From IMG/VR virus record IMGVR_UViG_3300029821_000139, positions 1 to 38,570 of that record: 38,570 nucleotides of DNA. One strand, 5' to 3'. This DNA comes from a virus (taxonomy: Duplodnaviria; Caudoviricetes). The notes under the pieces were generated by a model. It did no database searches. It saw only the letters and a list, made by a program, of their open reading frames with translations, and had not been told where the DNA came from. Of the stretch, positions 8,031 through 16,134 are shown in pieces (within the stretch, counting starts at the first letter, position 1; each line of letters opens with the position of its first letter). Made by a program: the position numbers and the translations under genes.

Positions 8031-10553
8031 TTACACACCTCCTATCGTGACTAAATTTCTACCTACTCGACCGCTTTCTTTCTTGTTGTATGATGCAAGC
8101 CTTCGATTAAGCTTTTCACCGTCTAATTCTACTGAGAAATCCTTGTTTTCGAGGACATCTATTAGCATCATAATTGCTTCTACTACTTTTTGTTGTCCAC
8201 CACTACCCATAATAGATTCTAACTTAGATAAAGGCGCAATTACCTCAGGATCAATTCTTGCATTCTTATTGTCACCAACCATAGCTAAGGTAGGTGCTGA
8301 AGCTAATCCACCTTTTGCAAGAGCTGGAATATATGACATACTAGGCATTTGCGGAACTCTAAAGTCGAACCCTTTTATTACCTTGTCACCTATTTTTACA
8401 TCTGGAATACTAAAGCCTATTGAATTGTAATCTCTTATAAAACCATTTAAAGACACTATTATCTTATTTACTTGTCGTATGATAGCATTCCCTACTTCTT
8501 TTAAGCCACGCTCTGAATCTATACCTAAAGTTTTCCATATCTCATTAAAACCTGTGACTAATCCCCTAAGACCTTCCACAGCTCCTTCACTAAGTAGGGT
8601 AGTATTTCCTTTAAGTGTTGGCACACCATCAAGCACCGTCTTCCCTAGAGTAGCTAACATAGATACCATACTTTTTTCTGCTTCTTCTTTTCCAGCATCT
8701 ATGATTCCACCAAAGTAAGGTACAAACGGTCCAAAGCTTTTTCCAAACTCTGTCATAATATCCTTACCAAGATTAAAAAATCTAACTGGTAAAAGGTTCT
8801 TTACATATGTGTCAAAGTCTATTTTTAATTGTTCAAGAAACTCAGTAAAGGTTGAAGCTGCAGGGCCATAACCTTCTTTAAACTTTTGCTTAATGTCCCA
8901 TCCAATTCTCCAGAACTTAGCCGGTAATATCTTCGCAAGTTGTCGTTCAAATTCATCCTTGAAAAATTCCAAGAAATCGGTAAATTCTAACTTTGTGGGG
9001 TCACCATACTTTATGATTTGACCTCTGAGTGTTTTCCACATTCCTTCAAAGTTTAAAACCACTTTCTCAATATTGGCATACATTTCAGGTGGCAAGAATG
9101 ATTCAAAGAAAGCAAGCATTAAGTCTGTGGCACTACCTATTAACTTCTCAAAGCCCTGTGCATTATTCCAATCACCTGCAAGTATATTATGCAGTATTTC
9201 AAGATTTGCAGACGTTATGCCTATCATAGAGGACATGGTATTTATTTGGCCTGATATATTAGAGGCTAACCATTTAGTAAACCAATTGCTTCCACCGGCA
9301 TTACCAAATAAGAGATCCTTTAACTTGCCAATATTTTCTATGTAGCCACCTAGAGTATCTTTAAAATTAACAAGAGAACCGCTTATGGTACCCAGTTCGA
9401 ATTTGTACTCTTTTGCAAAGTCTTTTATTGCTTCTTTATATTTATCAAGATCAGGTAAGGCAAGATCACCGGTAACTAATTCACCAAAATCAACACCACC
9501 TACGTCACCAATACCTGAAGATATACCACCAAGACTATCAGCTGCATTCTGGCCAATGAGATTTAACTGGTCAAAGGATGCTAAAGAACCCTTAATTGCT
9601 TTACCTGCTTCTTTAACTGCACTTCCTACGCCTTCCGTACCATCTGCCATACCACCTAACGATTCATTGGCCTTAGCAGCAGCACTTGCAATATCCTCTT
9701 GCGATTCATCTCCACCAAATAAAAGTGAAGTAAAAGCTTTAAAGTATTGAGCTGCTATTGTAAGTTTACCTATTATTAGATTTAATCCTGTAAGTATCGG
9801 TTTAAAAAGAGAGATAAAGCCTTGTCCTAATGTTGCTTTAAGAGATTCGAATTGAAGGCTTAGAACCCTCGTCTGATTGGCCCAACTGTCACTTGTCTTT
9901 GCAAAGTCACCTTGGGCATGCGACAATCTCGACATTACATATTGATACCTTAGCAATAATTTTTCCTGTTGAGTCATAGCTCTTGTATTCTTACCAAAGC
10001 CATTGGCCATAGCGTACTGATCAAGAGACGCCTGATCCATCATTACACCTAAATCCTTTAATGATTCCGTCTCACCAGTCCATATTGATTTAAGCTTAGT
10101 GTACGCTTCATCACTTGACATATCATAAAAGGATGATACATCCCCTGCAAGTCCTGCTACTGCTGATGCCATATCGTAAGATGCTTTTTCCGTCATTCCC
10201 ATAGAGCTTGACATAGCTCCCATTTGTCCCATGTATCTCTTAGCTGCTAATTCTGACAATCCAAACTGGGCAATGGCGTTTTGAGCAAAACTATCAACCT
10301 GTGAACCCATTCTAGGGAATACAGTGTCTGTAACGTTCTGAACTTCACCTAATGCACTTCCAAGGCCTATGGATGACTTTACAAATCCGATAACAGCAGC
10401 TGCACCAAGTGTAAGACCAATAGTCCTACCAAGACCAGCAAAGACTGTTTTAGTCTTAGCTGAAGCATCTCTTGATATGCCTTGCAGCTGACTATTAAAC
10501 ATCTGCTTATTAATATCTAATCCAAGATCTATTCTTCCAACTTCTGTACTCAT
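8031..10553 (-). CDS. Tape measure protein
   Basis: 840 aa, Ala/Gly-rich and helical. TGETESLKDLG motif and C-terminal LAKGG...VGDN...PEVIAPL. Confidence 0.93.
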   Translation of the reverse strand: MSTEVGRIDLGLDINKQMFNSQLQGISRDASAKTKTVFAGLGRTIGLTLGAAAVIGFVKSSIGLGSALGEVQNVTDTVFPRMGSQVDSFAQNAIAQFGLSELAAKRYMGQMGAMSSSMGMTEKASYDMASAVAGLAGDVSSFYDMSSDEAYTKLKSIWTGETESLKDLGVMMDQASLDQYAMANGFGKNTRAMTQQEKLLLRYQYVMSRLSHAQGDFAKTSDSWANQTRVLSLQFESLKATLGQGFISLFKPILTGLNLIIGKLTIAAQYFKAFTSLLFGGDESQEDIASAAAKANESLGGMADGTEGVGSAVKEAGKAIKGSLASFDQLNLIGQNAADSLGGISSGIGDVGGVDFGELVTGDLALPDLDKYKEAIKDFAKEYKFELGTISGSLVNFKDTLGGYIENIGKLKDLLFGNAGGSNWFTKWLASNISGQINTMSSMIGITSANLEILHNILAGDWNNAQGFEKLIGSATDLMLAFFESFLPPEMYANIEKVVLNFEGMWKTLRGQIIKYGDPTKLEFTDFLEFFKDEFERQLAKILPAKFWRIGWDIKQKFKEGYGPAASTFTEFLEQLKIDFDTYVKNLLPVRFFNLGKDIMTEFGKSFGPFVPYFGGIIDAGKEEAEKSMVSMLATLGKTVLDGVPTLKGNTTLLSEGAVEGLRGLVTGFNEIWKTLGIDSERGLKEVGNAIIRQVNKIIVSLNGFIRDYNSIGFSIPDVKIGDKVIKGFDFRVPQMPSMSYIPALAKGGLASAPTLAMVGDNKNARIDPEVIAPLSKLESIMGSGGQQKVVEAIMMLIDVLENKDFSVELDGEKLNRRLASYNKKESGRVGRNLVTIGGV

Positions 10554-10584
10554 ATGTATTTACCTCCTTCCCTTATTTATATTT

Positions 10585-10953
10585 TTATTTATCTACACTG
10601 AATGCAGACTTGAAAGCCTCTTGCATTTTCTCCCAATATTGATTGTATGCAACAGGGTCTTCCATAAGCTTTGCATTCCTTTTAAGTATCCATTCACTTC
10701 GTATTCTCTTTTGGTCCTTGGAAAAGTTCTTGATGACCTTTGAATCACTTTCGGCTCTAATAGCTACAACAGAGCCAAGAGGTGTATCGTGCATTAGTCC
10801 TGATAACAAGGATGAGAACTCAGGCCACGTTAGATCATCATCTGACCTTAGCCTTATACCATATTGCTTCCAAAAGCTTGACTCTATCAAATCCCAATCA
10901 TCGAATAGATCATAATAGCTTTCGTTATTGTTGAAATCGTTGGTCTTTTTCAA
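10585..10953 (-). CDS. Tail assembly chaperone, A118 Gp15-like (probably made as a frameshift fusion)
   Basis: YYDLFDDWDLIESSF...QYGIRL...TPLGSVVAIRAE. No well-spaced RBS. Confidence 0.8.
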   Translation of the reverse strand: MKKTNDFNNNESYYDLFDDWDLIESSFWKQYGIRLRSDDDLTWPEFSSLLSGLMHDTPLGSVVAIRAESDSKVIKNFSKDQKRIRSEWILKRNAKLMEDPVAYNQYWEKMQEAFKSAFSVDK

Positions 10954-11272
10954 CCTCTTCTAATGATTGCCCTGTAGCAGAAGCCATAATGGCACTGTAA
11001 ATGATCTTATACTCCGGAAGAGGTAAGTCCATTTCATTTATGCTATCTAGTGATTTTTGGCCAATCAACATCGATAAAACTTTGTCCATGAATGCCAATT
11101 CATCGTATTCATCTCCTGCTTTTTTAGCTTTCTTTTCAGCTTCTTTTATCATCAATTGCATATTCAAAATGGTGCTTTTTCGGTTATTAACTGTTACTAC
11201 TAAGTCATCAGTAACGCGAATCATGGGTTGTTGATTAGTAATTCTGCTAGAGATATCTATAATATTTGACAT
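10925..11272 (-). CDS. Tail assembly chaperone (G-like)
   Basis: Lies between the major tail gene and the Gp15-like ORF, overlapping the latter. Confidence 0.75.
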   Translation of the reverse strand: MSNIIDISSRITNQQPMIRVTDDLVVTVNNRKSTILNMQLMIKEAEKKAKKAGDEYDELAFMDKVLSMLIGQKSLDSINEMDLPLPEYKIIYSAIMASATGQSLEEVEKDQRFQQ

Positions 11273-11299
11273 AGGTCACATTCCCTTCGATTTTAGGTA

Positions 11300-11326
11300 A
11301 AATTAAAAGGGGCACTAAGGCCCCTT
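11300..11326 (-). terminator. Intrinsic terminator after the major tail gene
   Basis: AAGGGGC-cttagt-GCCCCTT followed by TTAATTTT. Confidence 0.75.
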
Positions 11327-11336
11327 AAGTTGACTG

Positions 11337-12014
11337 TTACGCTAATGGTGTGTAAGTTGGAGCACCATCACTGAGTGCTTCCCACTCCATCGCATCAATA
11401 GCCGTGGACTCTCCGCCGAGCGAAGACACATTGATGATACAATCAAACATGAGAGTATCACCGTTGGGGAAAGTAATTTGCATTTGACTATTACAATCCT
11501 GTCCGTTTTTAAGAGCAACACCTGCAACATAATCATTACCAGGGTCTCCGTAATTTCTTTTACCACCCATGGATACAGACAAGGACTTCGCGGTCATGAG
11601 CTTACGACCCCATCCTGCTTGATCCATTGGATTCCATTCTTCAATTTGTCCATTAATTGCGATAGACAAGGATACTGCATCTTTTACAACCGTGAAAGTA
11701 CTCCCTGTTCTACCGGCCATGTTGACGCCAAAAGTGATTGCATTAACAGGGTTAACACCACTTCTGATTGTTGCTGATGTAACCTCTTGTACCAGGTAAA
11801 CCTGACCATCTGTTAAACCAGTAATACTTGTTCCAACTAATGCGTCTAAGTCTGCATAAGCAACACTTGAACCAGCTACACCTAACGTGCCTCCCGATAA
11901 TACTGGGAACACAAAACCGCTGCTTGTGACTTTATATTTCTTACCACTTGTTAGTCCGGTGACACTAGTCGTACCGGCCGTACCAAGGGAACCTAATGCT
12001 AATAATATTGCCAT
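11337..12014 (-). CDS. Major tail (tube) protein with N-terminal extension
   Basis: GVNPVN...IEEWNPMDQAGWGRKLMTAKS...GKRNYGDPGNDYV...LSDGAP. Confidence 0.85.
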   Translation of the reverse strand: MAILLALGSLGTAGTTSVTGLTSGKKYKVTSSGFVFPVLSGGTLGVAGSSVAYADLDALVGTSITGLTDGQVYLVQEVTSATIRSGVNPVNAITFGVNMAGRTGSTFTVVKDAVSLSIAINGQIEEWNPMDQAGWGRKLMTAKSLSVSMGGKRNYGDPGNDYVAGVALKNGQDCNSQMQITFPNGDTLMFDCIINVSSLGGESTAIDAMEWEALSDGAPTYTPLA

Positions 12015-12020
12015 TATTTA

Positions 12021-12410
12021 TCATCCTTCCTTAATTGTCATTTCTAAGTTAATGACGAACTCGTAGATGTCGTGATCATTTGCACCGACTCCAACTGGTT
12101 CATCTGTTTTCATTTTAAAAAAAACATCTTTCCCATCTATCGTGGCGCTTTGGCCATTAAAGATATCGTAGATGTTTTGTGCTACTTGCTCTGATGTATC
12201 ACAGTTTTTAGACCACCCTATCAAAATCCGGATACCCTTCGTTCTGTAGGACTTGTTATCATTCCCACCAATAGCCGGCAAATCTGTGCTAGTCGATAGA
12301 GGGTAGATGCAGATCACCTTCTCTTTCGTTGGGTCAGTACGACCGATAAAAGCCGTGTTTAAACCTGCAATTTGGGGTTTAAGCCAATCTCTAATAACTT
12401 TTAATGTCAT
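12021..12410 (-). CDS. Tail terminator / A118 minor-capsid-3-like protein
   Basis: Position, and EPVGVG...YEFVIN motif. Confidence 0.65.
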   Translation of the reverse strand: MTLKVIRDWLKPQIAGLNTAFIGRTDPTKEKVICIYPLSTSTDLPAIGGNDNKSYRTKGIRILIGWSKNCDTSEQVAQNIYDIFNGQSATIDGKDVFFKMKTDEPVGVGANDHDIYEFVINLEMTIKEG

Positions 12411-12411
12411 T

Positions 12412-12783
12412 TCACACCCCCGTTAATCGTTTGTAATTTTCCCTGAATGCTTTCATGGCAAGATTTTTATGTTCACCACTGATCCAAGGCTCAAACCATA
12501 GCCCTTGTGCATTTGGGTTTTCTTCAGTGCTAAAGTTGTATTCAGGATGAAAGTACAAGCGTCTTGCATATGGCGTATCGACACTTAACAATACAATGCC
12601 TGTGTTCGCCTTTGAATCGTCAATGAATACACTCTCATTCTGCATGGTACCATCATCAAAAGGCATGATGTTTTTAGATATCACATCTGTTTTAATGGCC
12701 TCTGCGGTTTGAGTTAGAGCTGTGCTTGTAGCCTTGGTCAGCATGGCCATTACATTCTTATTCATCTTAACTCTGACTTGCAT
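12412..12783 (-). CDS. Neck/tail completion protein (minor-capsid-2-like)
   Basis: MPFDDGTMQ...TPYARRLYFHPEYNF...NPNAQGLWF. Confidence 0.75.
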   Translation of the reverse strand: MQVRVKMNKNVMAMLTKATSTALTQTAEAIKTDVISKNIMPFDDGTMQNESVFIDDSKANTGIVLLSVDTPYARRLYFHPEYNFSTEENPNAQGLWFEPWISGEHKNLAMKAFRENYKRLTGV

Positions 12784-13118
12784 TACATCAACTCCATTAT
12801 CGTGGCGTAAACACTGCCATCAGGATTCCGTGGACGCTTGCAACGATATACTTTATAGCTCTTATCGCCTCTTATAGCGGTTCCTGTCGTCAATTGGGCA
12901 AAGGCAGGGAATAAGTCACCTGGTATTGTCAATGTACCCTCAAGACGAATAAGGCGCTTCTCTGCGTCCATCACCTGATGTGGTTTATCCGAAAACCAAA
13001 ACTTAGATGTAACAGTTACCGCTGACAGTGGCTCACCATCTTCACTTAATCCGTCTTGGTCCATGTTGACTTCCCATTCTTGATTAAACAAATAAGGTGG
13101 AAGCTTTGGAAGTTTCAT
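12783..13118 (-). CDS. Head-closure protein
   Basis: Position, RNPDGSV motif, TAATG coupling to the upstream gene. Confidence 0.65.
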   Translation of the reverse strand: MKLPKLPPYLFNQEWEVNMDQDGLSEDGEPLSAVTVTSKFWFSDKPHQVMDAEKRLIRLEGTLTIPGDLFPAFAQLTTGTAIRGDKSYKVYRCKRPRNPDGSVYATIMELM

Positions 13119-13441
13119 TAAAACCACCCCCGGTACATTAGACCTGATTGAGTTAGGTGACTATAAGCTACAGGACTAACGCCTGTTGGTACCGGTCCGT
13201 TGTCTTTAAAAGACATGCTTAGACCAGACACATTGAATCCAGACAAGCTGGCCACATCTGTTCCATAGTCCTCGTAGTGCTGAGCTTGGGCTAACGTGGC
13301 CTTAATGACCTTGTCTTTCTGAAAATCTGACAGGTTATCAAAGCCTATTTCCACTATCCGGTTAAAGGTGAGTTCATCCACTTTGCTACTAGCTAACTCT
13401 AGCAGCTCTTCGCTCAATTCTTGACTAGTAGCATAGATCAT
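13118..13441 (-). CDS. Head-tail connector (adaptor)
   Basis: ASSKVDELTFNRI...L-x-QSGLMYRG. Confidence 0.7.
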   Translation of the reverse strand: MIYATSQELSEELLELASSKVDELTFNRIVEIGFDNLSDFQKDKVIKATLAQAQHYEDYGTDVASLSGFNVSGLSMSFKDNGPVPTGVSPVAYSHLTQSGLMYRGWF

Positions 13442-13444
13442 GAG

Positions 13445-13636
13445 TTATTCCCCCTTCTTTGCTGCTTTGCTTTTGACTTCCTTCTTGATTTCAGGCTGTT
13501 CAGTTTCAACTTCATAGCCCTTAGACTTAAACCAATCTAAAAGGACAGGGTTATCACTCTCCCCTGTCCCATTAGCAAAGGCTACACCGGCTGAAACACC
13601 GTTATATTGTTTATTTGGTGCTATAATTTTAGCCAT
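13445..13636 (-). CDS. Small head-associated protein
   Basis: MAKIIAPNKQYNG...WFKSKGY, RBS AGGAGG, paralogous to the N-terminus of the upstream gene. Confidence 0.6.
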   Translation of the reverse strand: MAKIIAPNKQYNGVSAGVAFANGTGESDNPVLLDWFKSKGYEVETEQPEIKKEVKSKAAKKGE

Positions 13637-13649
13637 TTTCTTTACCTCC

Positions 13650-14210
13650 TTACTCTGCAATAATCACTTCTACAGTTACAGTGAATGCTCCTGTATTAGC
13701 ATATGGAACGGGTAGCGTACCTATTGTTGCCGTAAAAGTGTAGGAACCTGCAGTCTCAATGTCATAAGTATCTGTATCAACCCAAGTCGTTACAGGAACT
13801 AACACTGTGCCTGCGTCACATTCTACTAAAACAGGTAATGCAGCAATAACAGCAGCCGCATCTGCATAAGTAGGAACAGCAACGGTACCACCATCTACAT
13901 TATCGATTGCAGTAAATTCAGTTATTTCAATTTTCATCAGTTCCAACTGTGATTCAATTTGTGTCACTAACTCAAGTTTTGTTAATCCAGTTGGGTTTAT
14001 GCCGGCATAAGCTGAGAACATTGCTAATTCCTCTGCTTTGAGGTAGTCCCAAGGTGACAAGACGTCTTTGCCCGTAACAACGGTGTATCCCTTTGAAGTA
14101 AACCAAGCTAATACATCAGTATCTGCATCGGGTACAACTGCAACGCCATTAATAAAGTCAACCCCATAATCACAACTATGGGATTGACTGGGTGAATATA
14201 TTCTAGCCAT
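13650..14210 (-). CDS. Capsid-associated protein with helical (Rho-N-like) segment and C-terminal Ig-like domain
   Basis: Follows the capsid gene. VPVTTW...YDIETAGSYTFTATI resembles a Big_4 Ig-like domain. Confidence 0.6.
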   Translation of the reverse strand: MARIYSPSQSHSCDYGVDFINGVAVVPDADTDVLAWFTSKGYTVVTGKDVLSPWDYLKAEELAMFSAYAGINPTGLTKLELVTQIESQLELMKIEITEFTAIDNVDGGTVAVPTYADAAAVIAALPVLVECDAGTVLVPVTTWVDTDTYDIETAGSYTFTATIGTLPVPYANTGAFTVTVEVIIAE

Positions 14211-14225
14211 ATTCTTTTCCCCCTC

Positions 14226-15182
14226 TTATTGAACTTTGATTTTCCTCATAACACCAGCTGCTTTAGATGCTTTAAGAGCGATAGCTGCAACCATCTCAAC
14301 TTCACCTTTTTTAACTGCACCAGCAGTTGAGAAATCAGGCAACCAAATGTTTACAGGTGATTGACCAGCCATTGAAATACCGTGAAGACCATCCATACCT
14401 AATCGGCCAGCATAAAGAGAAGTCACGCCAGTAGAGCCATCAGTACTAATTACATTGTCGTTAGTGCCTGCTTTTGTACCCATATCAACCAAAGTAATGC
14501 CATCATAAGCACCTACGTTTACACCCCACTCATTGCTGGTTGTTGAGTAAGTACCCACACGTCTTGCACAAGCTCTTAATTTAGCTAACAACTTGCTATT
14601 GACCGCCAAGAAGTCTGGCTTACCATCAAGTCCAAGAAGGAACTCATCAAGTGCATCAATGAAGTACTTGTAGTTGGTGTCAATGTTTGCAGATGTAGAT
14701 AGATCAATTGCAGTGCCTGGGTCAAACTCAGTACTGGATCCTGTTAATGCTTTTTCAAGTCCGTCAAATGCTTTCGCATTAACAGCAGCATCGCCATTGA
14801 TGAAAGTGTCATTAAATAAAGCTCTAGCAGCCTTTACTTTTTGCTCGATGTTGAGTTGAACTTCACCAACAATACCACCCATATTAGCGATGATACGATC
14901 AATCTCGAACGATCCACCAAACACTTTAAGGTCAGCAGTGTAGCGTAGCTTAGCCACGTTGCTAGGTGTGTATTCTTCGTTGACATCTCTAAATGCAGCA
15001 GTTGGTTGAGTGGTAAGTCTTGTATAACCATAAGTCAATGTAGCACCGCCACCTGTTGGGGATACTGCATCATCAAAAGTCATTGCATCCAAAATGAAAC
15101 TAGATTTTCTAAATTCATCGATAACACCCATTGTTAAGGCGTCTTGTACGTTTTTCTTTGCTTCTAGTAAAGTAATTGCCAT
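14226..15182 (-). CDS. Major capsid protein
   Basis: 318 aa, after the scaffold. AAFRDVNEEY, GGSFEIDR and FINGD...FDGL. Confidence 0.92.
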   Translation of the reverse strand: MAITLLEAKKNVQDALTMGVIDEFRKSSFILDAMTFDDAVSPTGGGATLTYGYTRLTTQPTAAFRDVNEEYTPSNVAKLRYTADLKVFGGSFEIDRIIANMGGIVGEVQLNIEQKVKAARALFNDTFINGDAAVNAKAFDGLEKALTGSSTEFDPGTAIDLSTSANIDTNYKYFIDALDEFLLGLDGKPDFLAVNSKLLAKLRACARRVGTYSTTSNEWGVNVGAYDGITLVDMGTKAGTNDNVISTDGSTGVTSLYAGRLGMDGLHGISMAGQSPVNIWLPDFSTAGAVKKGEVEMVAAIALKASKAAGVMRKIKVQ

Positions 15183-15194
15183 AGTTTAATCCTC

Positions 15195-15791
15195 CTATTT
15201 CGATTGTTGGAAATGAGCAGACAAGGCGCTTTTAAGCCCTCCTTCTTGCCCTTCCGAATTGTTTTGGTTTTGGTTGTTATTGGCGCCAACTCTAAAGCCA
15301 GCTCCTTGGTTCTGATTTTGGTTCTGGTTATTTTCCGTCTTAAAAAGAAAAGCTTTTGATTCTTTGATAGAGCTTAACTGTTCATCTAAGCCTGTCACCT
15401 TACCGTCATCGCCAAGAATAAGCTTGGTCTTGTCAAACAGTCCAGCCACTAGATCATCATCATGAACCTTGCCAGTTAGAGCTAATTTAATAGCACTAGA
15501 AAGTCGCGTTTCTTTTAGATCTGCCTGGTACTTCTCATCAGCTTCTTTGTTGGCTTTTTGAAGCTCTTCGATTTGAGCCTTTAAGGTTTCGCTATCACCA
15601 GATGTCTTCTTCAACGTTTCAATCTGAGTATCTCTCTCCTTGAGACCGTCCTCTGCTTTCTTTTTAGCATCATTCACCTCATCAAACCTAACCTTTGGTA
15701 TAAAACCTTTTAGCTCTGTTTGAGATGCTTCAGCCGCCTTAGTTGCCATATCCTCTGTTAAACCTATTGCTACAAATTCTTCTTTTGTCAT
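15195..15791 (-). CDS. Capsid scaffolding protein (Phage_GP20-like)
   Basis: FIPKVRFDEVN coiled coil...GLDEQL...KAFLF, RBS AAGGGAG. Confidence 0.9.
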   Translation of the reverse strand: MTKEEFVAIGLTEDMATKAAEASQTELKGFIPKVRFDEVNDAKKKAEDGLKERDTQIETLKKTSGDSETLKAQIEELQKANKEADEKYQADLKETRLSSAIKLALTGKVHDDDLVAGLFDKTKLILGDDGKVTGLDEQLSSIKESKAFLFKTENNQNQNQNQGAGFRVGANNNQNQNNSEGQEGGLKSALSAHFQQSK

Positions 15792-15822
15792 TTTTATTTC
15801 TCCCTTCGAATTCATTTGTTGT

Positions 15823-15882
15823 CCCGGTTAAGTCCGGTATTATCCGTCCCGTTCTTTTGCGTCTTCAGTACCGAAAAGACGG
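15823..15882 (-). promoter_or_regulatory. Structured leader upstream of the scaffold gene (possible GP20-associated RNA motif)
   Basis: Stems CCGTC/GACGG, GTCTT/AAGAC and CCGG-acttaa-CCGG. Confidence 0.4.
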
Positions 15883-15885
15883 TAT

Positions 15886-15910
15886 TAAAAAAGCACCCCT
15901 AAGGATGCAT
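15886..15910 (-). terminator. Intrinsic terminator after the MuF/immunity pair
   Basis: GCATCCT-ta-GGGGTGC followed by T6. A second hairpin AATACCACC...GGTGGTATT lies at about 15922-15956. Confidence 0.65.
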
Positions 15911-15954
15911 CTTTACATAGAAATACCACCTCATCATTTTACTGATCGGTGGTA

Positions 15955-16134
15955 TTAGTTAATACTTTTTTCTTTTTTAAATGCCTGTCTTGCTTCTTTT
16001 AGGCTGATTTCATTTGGTCCTCTTAGGTCTGATTCGCTTTCACCTGAACCACTATTTTGCCAACCACAATTATCGCAAATGTCATACTTGTCAACGCTTT
16101 CACTACATACTGGACAGTTAATTTTTTGGCTCAT
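15955..16134 (-). CDS. CPCC-like cysteine-rich protein (59 aa), candidate immunity protein, absent from ORF track
   Basis: Manual translation MSQKINCPVC...YDICDNCGWQN...GPNEISLKEARQAF. Overlaps the MuF stop. Confidence 0.8.
   Translation of the reverse strand: MSQKINCPVCSESVDKYDICDNCGWQNSGSGESESDLRGPNEISLKEARQAFKKEKSIN

Noticed and set aside
14210-14240. A118-style frameshift extension of the capsid protein into the Ig-like gene
   Set aside because: There is no CCC-TAA or slippery site at the capsid stop, and the downstream gene has its own RBS and ATG.
15255-15335. Asn/Gln repeats in the scaffold C-terminus
   Set aside because: This is an ordinary low-complexity linker.
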